A DNA stretch of 64,000 bases from an uncultured Pseudomonadota bacterium (GTDB lineage Bacteria; Myxococcota_A; Polyangia; Fen-1088), in the NCBI GenBank assembly GCA_963847705.1, contig CAWKBC010000008.1, forward strand, positions 71,593-135,592, read 5' to 3'. Of this stretch, positions 19,521 to 28,969 are shown piece after piece; position 1 is the first letter of the stretch, and every line of letters begins with the position of its first letter. Below the pieces are notes generated by a model. The model saw only the letters and a program-made list of their open reading frames with translations, was not told where the DNA came from and ran no database searches. Both the position numbers and the translations under genes were made by a program.

Positions 19521-19602
19521 GCGAGCGCAGCGTGGCTTTGCCACGCGGAGCGAGCGGGCGCGCGGGGGGCACCGAGCGAGCAAAGCGAGCGAATGCCCCC
19601 CG
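19521..19602. repeat. REP-like intergenic palindromic element (two hairpins, four GCGAGC copies)
   Basis: GCGTGGC-ttt-GCCACGC (19530-19546); CGGGGGGCA...TGCCCCCCG (19563-19602); GCGAGC at 19521, 19550, 19576, 19585. Confidence 0.5.
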
Positions 19603-19604
19603 AT

Positions 19605-20849
19605 CTATAGAAACAGGGGACGAATGTGACGATCGAAGAGATTTTCGGTCACGCAGCGCCCGGCCACCTCGCGGGCGGCCTCCAGGGCCCCCGTCCAGGC
19701 GGGGCCCATCTCGGCGGCCACCCGGAAGGCGACGTGCACGAACTGGCGCAGGTGGAGGTCGTAGGCGGGGTTCGCCTGCTCGTGGCGCAGGCGCCCCACC
19801 AAGTCGTCGGCGGTCCAGCGGTCGAGGGCCGCGGGGGTCGGCAGCCGGGCCCGGTCGATCTCCACGACGGTGGCGTACGGCTTGACCAGCTCGTCGAAGC
19901 GCGGCAGCGCGGTGAGACAGATCTGCTTGGCGACCGCCAGCCCGCCGGGGCCGGAGAGCGCCACACCGATCACCTCCTCCAGCCAGTTGGTCCCCGCCGT
20001 CTTGAGGTGAAGGCCCGCGCCATGCTTGGCCAGCGCGCGGTTGATGATCGGGTAGAGCGAGAACTTGTCGCTGCCGGTGTGGACGCTGATCTTGAGCGAC
20101 GCCGGCAGACCGAAGACGGAGATGGCGTGCTTGACCACCGCCAGATCGGCGTCGAGCTCGCGGGCGAAGGCTTCCCTGTCGCCGACGTAGTCGATCCCCT
20201 TCAGGAACTTGCCGGAGAACTTGGGGGCGATGGTCTGGACGGGGATCTTCTCGCGCGCCAGCGCCCCCAGGATGAAGAAGAGCTCGAACGGCAGCTGCGG
20301 CTCCGTGGCCTCGTCGGTGGAGACCTCGGCGATGAAGTTCCCTTCGCCCTTGGCCGCCAGCACGCGGCGGTAGATCTTCCCCGCCTCCAGCACCGCCGCC
20401 AGATAGCTGCGGCCGATCTTCTCCAGGACGGCGTCGGTCACCTCGAACGCGGCGTCGACGCCGGGGATGCGCAACGTCCCCTTGAACGACGCCATGTCGC
20501 GCAGGAACGCCGCCAGCGCCGTGGGATCCGGCGGCTGCCCGATGAAGTCGGCGACGTCCAGCGTGTAGAAGTCGCTGGCGGCCAGGAATCCGTCGACCGT
20601 CTTGACGCCAATGTGGTCGGCGTCGACGTGGTACGGGTGCTTCCAGCCGCCGCGCCGAACCGCCTCGTCGGCCTCGGCGCGGACGTCGTCGGGCGTGGTG
20701 CCGATGAGAGAGTGCTCGCGAAAGGACTTGTTCCAGACCGGCACCACCACGACGCCCGCCTTCTCCGCCTGCTGGACCGCGCGGAGCTGCGCCAGCCCCT
20801 CGCGGCCGAACCGGTCGCCGATCCCCAGCGAGAACTTCTCGATCTGCAT
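19605..20849 (-). CDS. uxaE: Tagaturonate/fructuronate epimerase (UxaE family)
   Basis: [77 protein letters not shown]. Confidence 0.88.
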   Translation of the reverse strand: MQIEKFSLGIGDRFGREGLAQLRAVQQAEKAGVVVVPVWNKSFREHSLIGTTPDDVRAEADEAVRRGGWKHPYHVDADHIGVKTVDGFLAASDFYTLDVADFIGQPPDPTALAAFLRDMASFKGTLRIPGVDAAFEVTDAVLEKIGRSYLAAVLEAGKIYRRVLAAKGEGNFIAEVSTDEATEPQLPFELFFILGALAREKIPVQTIAPKFSGKFLKGIDYVGDREAFARELDADLAVVKHAISVFGLPASLKISVHTGSDKFSLYPIINRALAKHGAGLHLKTAGTNWLEEVIGVALSGPGGLAVAKQICLTALPRFDELVKPYATVVEIDRARLPTPAALDRWTADDLVGRLRHEQANPAYDLHLRQFVHVAFRVAAEMGPAWTGALEAAREVAGRCVTENLFDRHIRPLFL

Positions 20850-20896
20850 CAAGCCCCTTTCAGACCCCCGAGGTCAGACAGCTCAGACCCCGAAGG

Positions 20897-22348
20897 TCAC
20901 ACGATGTAGGCGGACGAGGCCGTGTCGCCCCCCCGCCCGGTCCAGTTGGTGTGGAAGAACTGCCCGCGCGGCTGATCGACGCGCTCGTACTGGTGCGCGC
21001 CGAAGTAGTCGCGCTGCGCCTGCAGCAGGTTGGCCGGCAGCCGCCCGTTGCGGAAGCCGTCGAAGTAGGTGAGCGCCGTCCCCGTCGCCGGGATCCAGAT
21101 CCCGTTCTGGGCGGCCGTGGCCACCACCCGCCGCCAGCTGTCCTGAACCGCCTCGATCTTCTGCTGGAAGAACGGCGCCAGGAGGAGGTTCGACAGCTTG
21201 GGGTCCGCGTCGTACGCCTCCTTGATCTTGCCGAGGAACTTCGAACGGATGATGCAGCCGCCCCGCCAGAGCAGCGCGATACCGCCATAGCTGAGGTCCC
21301 ATTTGTACTCGGCCGCCGCCGCCTGCATCATCTGATAGCCCTGCGCGTAGGAGACGATCTTCGACGCGTAGAGCGCGTGGCCGATGTCGGTGATGAACGC
21401 CTTCTTGTCGCCGGTGAACTTCGGCGTCGGGCCGCGCAGGATCTTCGAGGCGGCGACGCGCTCGTCCTTCGTCGCCGAGAGGATGCGGGCGAACACCGCC
21501 TCGCTGATCAACGTCAGCGGAATCCCCAGATCGAGCGCCGTCACGCTGGTCCACTTCCCGGTCCCCTTCTGGCCGGCAGTGTCGAGGATCTTGTCGACCA
21601 GCGGCGAGCCGTCCTTGTCCTTGAAGCCCAGGATGTCGCGCGTGATCTCGATGAGGTAGCTGTCGAGGTCCCCTTTGTTCCACTCGGCGAACACCTCGTG
21701 CATCTCGTCGGCCGACATGCCGAGGAGGTCCTTCATGATCTGGTACGACTCGCAGATGAGCTGCATGTCGCCGTACTCGATCCCGTTGTGGACCATCTTC
21801 ACGAAGTGGCCGGCGCCGTCGCTGCCGACCCAGTCGCAGCAGGGCGTCCCGTCCTCGACCTTGGCGGCGATGGCCTGGAAGATCGGCTTCACCGCTGGCC
21901 AGGCCGCGGGAGAGCCGCCCGGCATGATGGACGGGCCCTTGAGCGCCCCCTCTTCACCGCCCGAGACGCCGGTGCCGATGTAGAGCATTCCCTTGGCCTC
22001 GACCGCCTTGGTGCGCCGGATGGTGTCGGGGAAGTGCGAGTTGCCGCCGTCGATGATGATGTCGCCCTTGTCGAGCAGCGGCGTCAGGTGCTCGATGAAC
22101 TCGTCGACGGCCGCGCCGGCCTTGACCATCAGCATCACCTTGCGCGGCGACTTCAGCGCGCCGACCAGCTCCTGCAGCGTGTGGGCGCCGATGATCTTCT
22201 TCCCCTTGGCCCGCCCGGCCATGAACTTGTCGACCTTGTCGACCGTCCGGTTGAAGACCGCCACGGTGTAGCCGCGGCTCTCCATGTTGAGGATGAGGTT
22301 CTCGCCCATCACCGCCAACCCGACGAGCCCGATGTCCGCCTTTTCCAT
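20897..22348 (-). CDS. gnd: 6-phosphogluconate dehydrogenase, decarboxylating (long, NADP-type)
   Basis: [55 protein letters not shown]. Confidence 0.97.
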   Translation of the reverse strand: MEKADIGLVGLAVMGENLILNMESRGYTVAVFNRTVDKVDKFMAGRAKGKKIIGAHTLQELVGALKSPRKVMLMVKAGAAVDEFIEHLTPLLDKGDIIIDGGNSHFPDTIRRTKAVEAKGMLYIGTGVSGGEEGALKGPSIMPGGSPAAWPAVKPIFQAIAAKVEDGTPCCDWVGSDGAGHFVKMVHNGIEYGDMQLICESYQIMKDLLGMSADEMHEVFAEWNKGDLDSYLIEITRDILGFKDKDGSPLVDKILDTAGQKGTGKWTSVTALDLGIPLTLISEAVFARILSATKDERVAASKILRGPTPKFTGDKKAFITDIGHALYASKIVSYAQGYQMMQAAAAEYKWDLSYGGIALLWRGGCIIRSKFLGKIKEAYDADPKLSNLLLAPFFQQKIEAVQDSWRRVVATAAQNGIWIPATGTALTYFDGFRNGRLPANLLQAQRDYFGAHQYERVDQPRGQFFHTNWTGRGGDTASSAYIV

Positions 22349-22393
22349 TTTCGTGTTTGTCCTTTTTCGATCCGTAGAAGTTCGTGGAGCTGT

Positions 22394-23515
22394 TCAGCGC
22401 TGAATCCGCGCCGAGCCCCCCCTGGCGAAGGCCCGGACCTGGTCCAGCGTGGCCATGGTCGTATCGCCTGGGAAGGTCGTGAGCAAGGCGCCATGTGCCC
22501 AACCCAAAGAAACTGCCTCCTGGGGGGCGGCCCCCGAGAGCAGCCCATAGATGAAGCCGGCCGCGAAACCGTCGCCCCCCCCGACCCGATCGACCACGTC
22601 CAGCTCCGCGGTCGGCGCCTGATGGGTCTTGCCGTCCAGCCAGGCGACGGCGCTCCAGCTGTGGCGGTTGGTCGAATGGACCTCGCGCAGCGTGGTGGCG
22701 ACCGCTTTGACGTGGGGGTGCTTGGCCACCACTTTGTCGATCATGTCGATGAAAGCGGAAGGATCGAGCTTGGACTTGGCCGCCACCTCGGGCCCGGCGA
22801 TCCCCAGCCCCTTCTGCAGATCCTCCTCGTTGCCGACCAGCACGTCGACGTTCTGGACGATCTGTTCGACCACCTCGACGGCGACCTTCTGTCCAGATCG
22901 GCCGTCGCCGTTCCCACCCCAGAGGTTCCAGAGCTTCTCGCGAAAGTTGAGATCGAAGCTGGTCACCGCCCCCGCCGCCTTGGCGGCCTTCATCCCCTCG
23001 GCGATGAGGGCGCCCGTCGTCTTCGACAGCGCCGCGAAGATCCCGCCGCTGTGGAACCAGCGGACGCCCACATTGGCCCCGAAGATCGTCGCCCAGTCGA
23101 AGTCGCCGGGCTTCAGCTCCGCGGCCGCCTCGTTGGCGCGGTTGTAGAAGACGACCGGCGCGCGCATGCCAGCCCCGCGATCGCTGTAGACCGTGGCCAT
23201 GTTGGGACCGTTGACGCCGTTGTGCGAGAAGCGCCTGTAGAACGGCCTCACGCCCATGGCGCGGACGCGCTCCCCGATGAGATCGCCGATCGGATAGTCG
23301 ACCATCGCGCTGGCGAGGCCGGCCTTCATCCCGAAGCAGTCGGCCAGGTTGGCCGCCACGTTGAACTCGCCGCCGCTGACGTGGATGTCGCAGTGGCTGG
23401 CCTTGCGGAAGGGAATGATGCCGGGGTCGAGCCGGTGCACCAGCGCCCCCAGGCTGAGAAAGTCGAGCGCCCCGTCGGGCCGGATGGCCAGCTTCCCGTG
23501 ATCTCTTTCGCTCAT
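22394..23515 (-). CDS. PfkB-family sugar-acid kinase (KdgK-like)
   Basis: SGGEFNVAANL, SFDLNFREKLW, GNEED, DRVGGGDGFAAG; start MSERDHG overlaps the upstream stop. Confidence 0.88.
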   Translation of the reverse strand: MSERDHGKLAIRPDGALDFLSLGALVHRLDPGIIPFRKASHCDIHVSGGEFNVAANLADCFGMKAGLASAMVDYPIGDLIGERVRAMGVRPFYRRFSHNGVNGPNMATVYSDRGAGMRAPVVFYNRANEAAAELKPGDFDWATIFGANVGVRWFHSGGIFAALSKTTGALIAEGMKAAKAAGAVTSFDLNFREKLWNLWGGNGDGRSGQKVAVEVVEQIVQNVDVLVGNEEDLQKGLGIAGPEVAAKSKLDPSAFIDMIDKVVAKHPHVKAVATTLREVHSTNRHSWSAVAWLDGKTHQAPTAELDVVDRVGGGDGFAAGFIYGLLSGAAPQEAVSLGWAHGALLTTFPGDTTMATLDQVRAFARGGSARIQR

Positions 23516-24789
23516 GTCTGAACCCTCGTGGTGAACGGATCGTTCTTCAAGCGGTATAGCGTCTCGCCGGCCTTGGGGACGTACAGCAAACCTTCGTTCT
23601 CGCGGTCGCGCCAGGCGGCCGCGTCGATGGTCCGGTGATCGCGGTAGCCGAGGTTCACCGCGCCACACTCCTCGGGACCGATTCCGGTGGCCAGGGTGAC
23701 GGTGATGCGCGGCGTTTCGACGCCGTCTTCGTAGCGGCCGATCCCCTTGACGTGCGTCGCGTGCGCCAGCACGCCCCGCGGCACGCCGGGAAAACGCCCC
23801 GGCTGCTTCAGGAAGTAGTCGCGCACGTGGTAGCCGATCTGGCGAATGAGCGCGCCGTGCACCACAGAGATCTCCTGGATGTGCGGCGCGTAGATGACGA
23901 TCTCGCCGCCGTCGGCGACCACCGGCTCCAGCTTGTAGGCGCACTTTCCGCCCACCCAGAGCTCGTCGTACATCGCGGGCGCGCAGGAGAGGACGCTCCT
24001 GAACGGGCGGTCTTTGTAGATGACGTGGAGCTGGTTCGACAGCGTCGCCGCCGCCTTCCAGGTCTCCTCCGGCGCCCCCAGATAGAGCCCCGCCAGCGCG
24101 GTCCCCTCGACCACCAGGCTGGCGCACTTGCGCTCGACCGGGACCAGCGCCGCCGCGCGATCGACGACCGCGCGCACCGGCGTGGACTTGGTCCCGATGA
24201 TCGAGGGGTTGGTGATGAGCGCACCCAGCCAGTGGAACATGTTCAGGATCTCGGGGCCACCGATCCCCGGGAACAGGTACTTGTTGCCGCCCGAGAATCC
24301 CACCACCTCGTGCGGAAAGGTCGGGCCGATGATCAGCAGGAGGTCGTAGGCGAGCGCCAGCTTGTTGATGGTGACGTCGACCCGCTCCCGCATGAGGCCG
24401 CCCGAGATCTCGGCGACCTCGGCCTCGCTGATCGACCCGATCGACGCCAGCGCGTTCGGGTCGTCCCAGGCGTGGTTGAAGATCCTGGTGCGCGCGTACT
24501 TCCCGGCTCGCTCCCCCGGCGTCAGGCCGAGCCGCTGGTTGATCGCCGCCTCGCTCATCGGCGGGTGCGTCCCGAGCGCGATCAGGACGTCGAACGCCGT
24601 GGCGCCCGCCTCGGTCGTCAGCTCCTGCAGCACGCGAAACATCAGGTCGATGGGCGCCGTTCGCGTGTGGTCCGGGACGATCGCCAGCACCCGCTTGCCC
24701 CGAAGGCCCCACCTGGCGATCTCCTCGCCGCAGAGCGCGCGCACGGCCGCCTCGTCGAGCCTGGTCCCTTTCGCGCCGCTGCCGGTCAT
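23512..24789 (-). CDS. LarA-superfamily (nickel-pincer) racemase/epimerase, candidate mannonate/gluconate 2-epimerase
   Basis: IVPDHTRT, IALGTHPPM, IFNHAW, PHEVVGFSGGNKYLFPGI, GGKCAYK are LarA-like motifs; substrate inferred from context. Confidence 0.85.
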   Translation of the reverse strand: MTGSGAKGTRLDEAAVRALCGEEIARWGLRGKRVLAIVPDHTRTAPIDLMFRVLQELTTEAGATAFDVLIALGTHPPMSEAAINQRLGLTPGERAGKYARTRIFNHAWDDPNALASIGSISEAEVAEISGGLMRERVDVTINKLALAYDLLLIIGPTFPHEVVGFSGGNKYLFPGIGGPEILNMFHWLGALITNPSIIGTKSTPVRAVVDRAAALVPVERKCASLVVEGTALAGLYLGAPEETWKAAATLSNQLHVIYKDRPFRSVLSCAPAMYDELWVGGKCAYKLEPVVADGGEIVIYAPHIQEISVVHGALIRQIGYHVRDYFLKQPGRFPGVPRGVLAHATHVKGIGRYEDGVETPRITVTLATGIGPEECGAVNLGYRDHRTIDAAAWRDRENEGLLYVPKAGETLYRLKNDPFTTRVQT

Positions 24790-24803
24790 CGTCAGGCCCT
24801 CCC

Positions 24804-25628
24804 TCAGACCCCGGAGTAGGCGGTGAAGCCGCCGTCGATCGGGAGCACCACGCCGGTCACGAAGCTGGCCGCCGGCGACAGCAGCCAGAGCAGCGCGCCC
24901 GTCAGATCCTCCGGCCTCCCGAAGCGCGCCATCGGCGTGTGCTCCAGGATCTTCTTTCCGCGCGCGGTGAGCCCGCCCGTCTCCTGGTCGGTCAGCAGGA
25001 ATCGATTTTGTTCGGTCAGGAAGAACCCCGGCATGAGCGCGTTGACCCGGATGGTCGGCGAATACTCCTGCGCCAGGTGGACCGCCAGCCACTGCGTGAA
25101 GTTGCTGATCCCCGCCTTGCTGGCCGAGTAGGCGGCGATGCGCGTGAGCGGCCGCGAGGCGTTCACCGACGAGATGTTGAGAATGACCCCCTCCTTGCGC
25201 TCCGCCATCGGGCGCGCGAACACCTGCGACGGCAGGATCGTCCCCAGGAGGTTCAGATTGGTGACCGCCTGCCAGGCGGCGACCGGGACGTCGAAGAAGC
25301 GCGCCTCGGGGGTGGTGGTGGCCCGCGGGTCGTTCCCGCCCGCGCCGTTGACCAGGAAGTCGATCTTGCCGCGCTCGCCGAGCACGCGCCGGCAGGCCTC
25401 CTCGAGCGCCGCCCGATCGAGCACGTCCGCGGCCAGCGCCAGGTGCCGGCCCGGCGATTTCGCAGGCGATGTGGAGAAACTGGCGAGCACCTGCTCGGCG
25501 CGCGCCACGTTCCGTCCCAAGAGGACGACATCGGCGCCGCAGCCGGCCAGCGCCCGGGCCATCTCCGCCCCCAGGACGCCGGTCCCTCCGGTGAGAACGG
25601 CCGTCCGACCGGTGAAGTCGTACCGCAT
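24804..25628 (-). CDS. uxuB: D-mannonate oxidoreductase (fructuronate reductase), SDR family
   Basis: TGGTGVLG, NGAGGNDPRATT, NLNLLGTILPSQVF, PLTRIAAYSASKAGISNFTQWLAVHLA (YxxxK). Confidence 0.85.
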   Translation of the reverse strand: MRYDFTGRTAVLTGGTGVLGAEMARALAGCGADVVLLGRNVARAEQVLASFSTSPAKSPGRHLALAADVLDRAALEEACRRVLGERGKIDFLVNGAGGNDPRATTTPEARFFDVPVAAWQAVTNLNLLGTILPSQVFARPMAERKEGVILNISSVNASRPLTRIAAYSASKAGISNFTQWLAVHLAQEYSPTIRVNALMPGFFLTEQNRFLLTDQETGGLTARGKKILEHTPMARFGRPEDLTGALLWLLSPAASFVTGVVLPIDGGFTAYSGV

Positions 25629-25827
25629 GGTCAGCGCGCCCCCGCGCGGGTCATCGAGAACTGTTGGATCATAGAGCGAGCGGCGCCGCTGCGCCAAGGG
25701 CAAGGTCGCCAGGTCGATCGAGAGGTGCTCCCTCGACCGACTCGCGGCTTGCTACCTTGGAAGTAGCCGGACGCCCTCGCGAAGGCTCACGCGGGGCGCG
25801 CCAAAGACCGACGGTTGTCCGACGGTG

Positions 25828-26133
25828 TCAGGCGCCGGCCTGACCGCCCGCGCCGGCCGCGGCACCCCCGCCACCGGAAGCTCCCGCATTGCCAGCGCTG
25901 CCAGCCGCGCCGGCCGATCCACCTTTGCCCCCTGCCGCCCCGCCACCGCCCGGTGCTCCACCGTTGCCAGCGGCGCCACTCTTGCCACCGGCGGCCCCGC
26001 CCGCTCCACCGGTCGAGCCGGTCTTGCCGGCGCCGCCGTCCACCCCCGGAAGGCTCTCCGAGCTGCCGCATCCCACCAGGCCGGTCGCTGCCAAGGTCAA
26101 AGCCAAGATTGCCGCTGCTGCTGTCCGTTTCAT
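25828..26133 (-). CDS. Small Gly/Ala-rich lipoprotein with no folded domain
   Basis: MKRT...LVGC lipobox then only GGAGG-type low-complexity sequence; GAGGAG ribosome site upstream. Confidence 0.6.
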   Translation of the reverse strand: MKRTAAAAILALTLAATGLVGCGSSESLPGVDGGAGKTGSTGGAGGAAGGKSGAAGNGGAPGGGGAAGGKGGSAGAAGSAGNAGASGGGGAAAGAGGQAGA

Positions 26134-26158
26134 GGGTCTCCTCGTTGGGTTCATGGCA

Positions 26159-26968
26159 TCAGGCGCGCACACGGATGCGCGATTCGATCAGCTTCTTCCC
26201 GGCCAGCGTACCGAGCGCCAGGATGGTCAGAATCGACGCGACGGCGAACGCGCCTGAAAGGTTGTACTCGTTGTAGAGAATCTCGACCTGCAGCGGGACC
26301 GTGTTGGTCTGGCCGCGGATGTGTCCCGAGACGACCGACACCGCGCCGAACTCCCCCATCGCCCGGGCGTTGCAGAGGATGACACCGTAAAGGATCCCCC
26401 AGCGGACCTTGGGCAAGGTGACCCGCAGCAGGATCTGCCAGCCGCTGGCCCCCAGCGTGAGCGCCTGCTCCTCCTCGTCGTTGCCGAGGTCCTGCATGAT
26501 GGGGAGGATCTCCCGCGCCACGAAGGGGAAGGTGATGAAGGTCGTCGCCAGGACGATCCCCGGCACCGCGAAGATGACGTGCAGGTCGTGCCGCTCCAAG
26601 AACGGCCCCAGCACACCGCGCGCCCCCATCAGCAGCACGAAGATCAGACCCGCGATGACCGGCGACACGCTGAACGGCAGATCGATCAGCGTCAGCAAGG
26701 TGCCCTTGAACGGAAAGCGATACTTGGCGATGAGCCAGGAGGCCGCGATGCCGAACACCAGGTTGACGGGGACCGAGATGGCGGCGGTGAGCAGCGTCAG
26801 CTTGACCGCCGACAGCGTCTCCGGATCGCGGATCGCCTCCAGATACGCCGCCGAGCCCTTCCGGAAGGCTTCGACGAAGACGGTTGCGATGGGAAGGCCG
26901 ACGAACAGAACCAGGAAGCCGAGCGCGAGCGCCAGCAGCGACCAGCGGAGCCAACGTGGGTCTTTCAT
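26159..26968 (-). CDS. cysW: Sulfate ABC transporter permease CysW
   Basis: IDLPFSVSPVIAGL, PGIVLATTFITFPFVAREI, EEEQALTLGASGWQ, ARAMGEFGAVSVVSGHIRG. Confidence 0.95.
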   Translation of the reverse strand: MKDPRWLRWSLLALALGFLVLFVGLPIATVFVEAFRKGSAAYLEAIRDPETLSAVKLTLLTAAISVPVNLVFGIAASWLIAKYRFPFKGTLLTLIDLPFSVSPVIAGLIFVLLMGARGVLGPFLERHDLHVIFAVPGIVLATTFITFPFVAREILPIMQDLGNDEEEQALTLGASGWQILLRVTLPKVRWGILYGVILCNARAMGEFGAVSVVSGHIRGQTNTVPLQVEILYNEYNLSGAFAVASILTILALGTLAGKKLIESRIRVRA

Positions 26969-27900
26969 CGGGAGCCCCGCCCGATCCGCCCCACCCGTCC
27001 GAGGCGGGATTGCAGGATGTTGATGGCGAACAGGGCCACGAACGAAGCCAGCAGCATCACCAGCGCGATCGCCGTCGCGCCGGCGTAGTCGAACTGCTCC
27101 AGCTTGGTGACGATCAAGAGCGGTGCGATCTCGGTCCTCCCCGGCATGTTCCCCGAGATGAAGACGACCGAGCCGTACTCGCCGACGGCGCGCGCGAACG
27201 CCAGCGCGAACCCGGTCAGCGCCGCCGGCAGCACCGCCGGCACGATCACCTTGCGCAATGTGTAGAGGCGCGAGGCGCCCAACGTTGCGGCGACCTCCTC
27301 CATGTGCAGATCGAGATCCATCAGCACCGGTTGCACGGTCCGCACCACGAACGGCAGCCCGACGAACACCATCGCCACCGCCACGCCCGCCGGCGCGAAG
27401 GCGACCTTGATCCCGTGCGGCTCGAGAAAACGACCCAGCCAGCCCTGCTCGACGTAGAGCGTGGTGAGCGCGATCCCCGCCACCGCCGTCGGCAACGCGA
27501 ACGGCAGATCAATCGCCGCGTCGATCAGCGACCGTCCCGGGAATTCGTAGCGGGTCAGCACCCAGGCGAGGAGCACACCGAACACCAAGTTCACCAGGCC
27601 CGCCACCAGCGCCGCGCCGAAGCTGAGGCGATACGCCGCCAGCGCCCGCGGTGACAGCACCGCCCGCGCCAGCGACGCCCCGTCGAGCGAGGCCGTCTTC
27701 CAGACCAGCCCCGACAGCGGGATCAGCACCACCAGGGAGAGGAACGTGAGCGTCACGCCCAGCGAGAGCCCGAAGCCCGGCAGGCTCCCCCGCGAAGACG
27801 CCCTGGGAGCCGTGCTCGCGCCGGAAGACTTCACCGGACCGAGGCCGTTGCGAGGGGGCGTGGAGACGGGCCCGGGGTCCCCCAGTAAGACACCGGTCAT
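26965..27900 (-). CDS. cysT: Sulfate ABC transporter permease CysT (CysU)
   Basis: LPGFGLSLG, DLPFALPTAVAGIAL, LPFVVRTVQPVL, FARAVGEYGSVVFISGNMP. Confidence 0.95.
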   Translation of the reverse strand: MTGVLLGDPGPVSTPPRNGLGPVKSSGASTAPRASSRGSLPGFGLSLGVTLTFLSLVVLIPLSGLVWKTASLDGASLARAVLSPRALAAYRLSFGAALVAGLVNLVFGVLLAWVLTRYEFPGRSLIDAAIDLPFALPTAVAGIALTTLYVEQGWLGRFLEPHGIKVAFAPAGVAVAMVFVGLPFVVRTVQPVLMDLDLHMEEVAATLGASRLYTLRKVIVPAVLPAALTGFALAFARAVGEYGSVVFISGNMPGRTEIAPLLIVTKLEQFDYAGATAIALVMLLASFVALFAINILQSRLGRVGRIGRGSR

Positions 27901-28943
27901 CAAGAGCCCGGCTGGTAGATCTGGTCGAACGTGCCGCCGTCGGCGAAGTGCGTGGTCTGCGCCTTCTGCCACCCGCCAAAGACCTTGTCGATGGTGAAGA
28001 GCTTGATCTTCGGGAACGCCGAGGCGTGCTTGGCCGCGACGGCAGCGCTGCGCGGCCGGTAGTGGTTCTTGACCGCGATCTCCTGCCCTTCGTCGGTGTA
28101 GAGGAACTTGAGGTATGCCTCGGCGACCGCGCGCGTTCCGTGCTTGTCGACGTTCTTGTCGATGACCGCCACTGGCGGCTCGGCCAGGATGCTCACGCTC
28201 GGGTTCACGATCTCGAACTTGTCCTTGCCGAGCTCGTTGACCAGCAGATAGGCCTCGTTCTCCCACGACACCAGCACGTCACCGATGCCGCGCTGACCGA
28301 AGGTCGTCGTCGAACCGCGGGCGCCCGAGTCGAGCACCGGGATGTTCTTGTAGAGCTTGCGCACGAACTCTCGCGCCGACGCCTCACTGCCACCCGGCTT
28401 CTGCAACGCGTAGCCCCAGGCCGCCAGGTAGGCCCAGCGCGCGCCGCCCGAGGTCTTGGGGTTGGGCGCGACCACCACGGTCCCCGGCCTGGTCAGATCG
28501 TCCCAGTCGCGGATGACCTTGGGGTTCCCCTTGCGCACCACGAACACGATGGTCGACGTGTACGGCGAGCTGTTGTCCGGGAGCCGCGTCTGCCAGTCCT
28601 TGGCCAGGCGCCCCGACTGCGCCGCGATGGCGTCGATGTCGTAGGCCAGACCCAACGTCACCACGTCGGCGTCGAGGCCGTCGATCACCGAACGGGCCTG
28701 CTTGCCGGAGCCGCCGTGCGACTGGCTGATGGTCACCGTCTGTCCGGTCTTCTGCTGCCACTGCTTCCCGAACGCCGTGTTGACGTCCTGGTAGAGCTCC
28801 CGCGTCGGATCGTACGAAACGTTGAGCAGCTTCACGCTCCCTTCGGCGCGCGCCGGCGCCGTCCGTGTCGCCAGCACCGCCGCCGTCACACCAAGACCCA
28901 ACAGACCGAGCGTGATGACCCGTTTCAAGACTGTCCGTTTCAT
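27900..28943 (-). CDS. sbp: Sulfate-binding periplasmic protein
   Basis: [53 protein letters not shown]. Confidence 0.96.
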   Translation of the reverse strand: MKRTVLKRVITLGLLGLGVTAAVLATRTAPARAEGSVKLLNVSYDPTRELYQDVNTAFGKQWQQKTGQTVTISQSHGGSGKQARSVIDGLDADVVTLGLAYDIDAIAAQSGRLAKDWQTRLPDNSSPYTSTIVFVVRKGNPKVIRDWDDLTRPGTVVVAPNPKTSGGARWAYLAAWGYALQKPGGSEASAREFVRKLYKNIPVLDSGARGSTTTFGQRGIGDVLVSWENEAYLLVNELGKDKFEIVNPSVSILAEPPVAVIDKNVDKHGTRAVAEAYLKFLYTDEGQEIAVKNHYRPRSAAVAAKHASAFPKIKLFTIDKVFGGWQKAQTTHFADGGTFDQIYQPGS

Positions 28944-28969
28944 TGCATCGCCTCCCATTTTCCCGAATG

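Noticed and set aside
22394-24712. Apparent large fusion ORFs (22394..24712, 7658..9079, 26965..28266, 58682..61267, 61763..63976)
   Set aside because: Only the C-terminal parts have family motifs; the N-terminal extensions are off-frame readings of the upstream gene, and internal starts overlap the upstream stops.
25808-25826. CCGACGGT direct repeat at 11-nt spacing upstream of uxuB
   Set aside because: Two GC-rich 8-mers about 180 nt from the start with no cognate regulator nearby; cannot be separated from chance.
26121-28943. Identical first 13 nt (ATGAAACGGACAG) of sbp and the small Gly-rich lipoprotein
   Set aside because: Similarity does not extend further and MKRT is a common signal-peptide start; too weak to claim a duplication.
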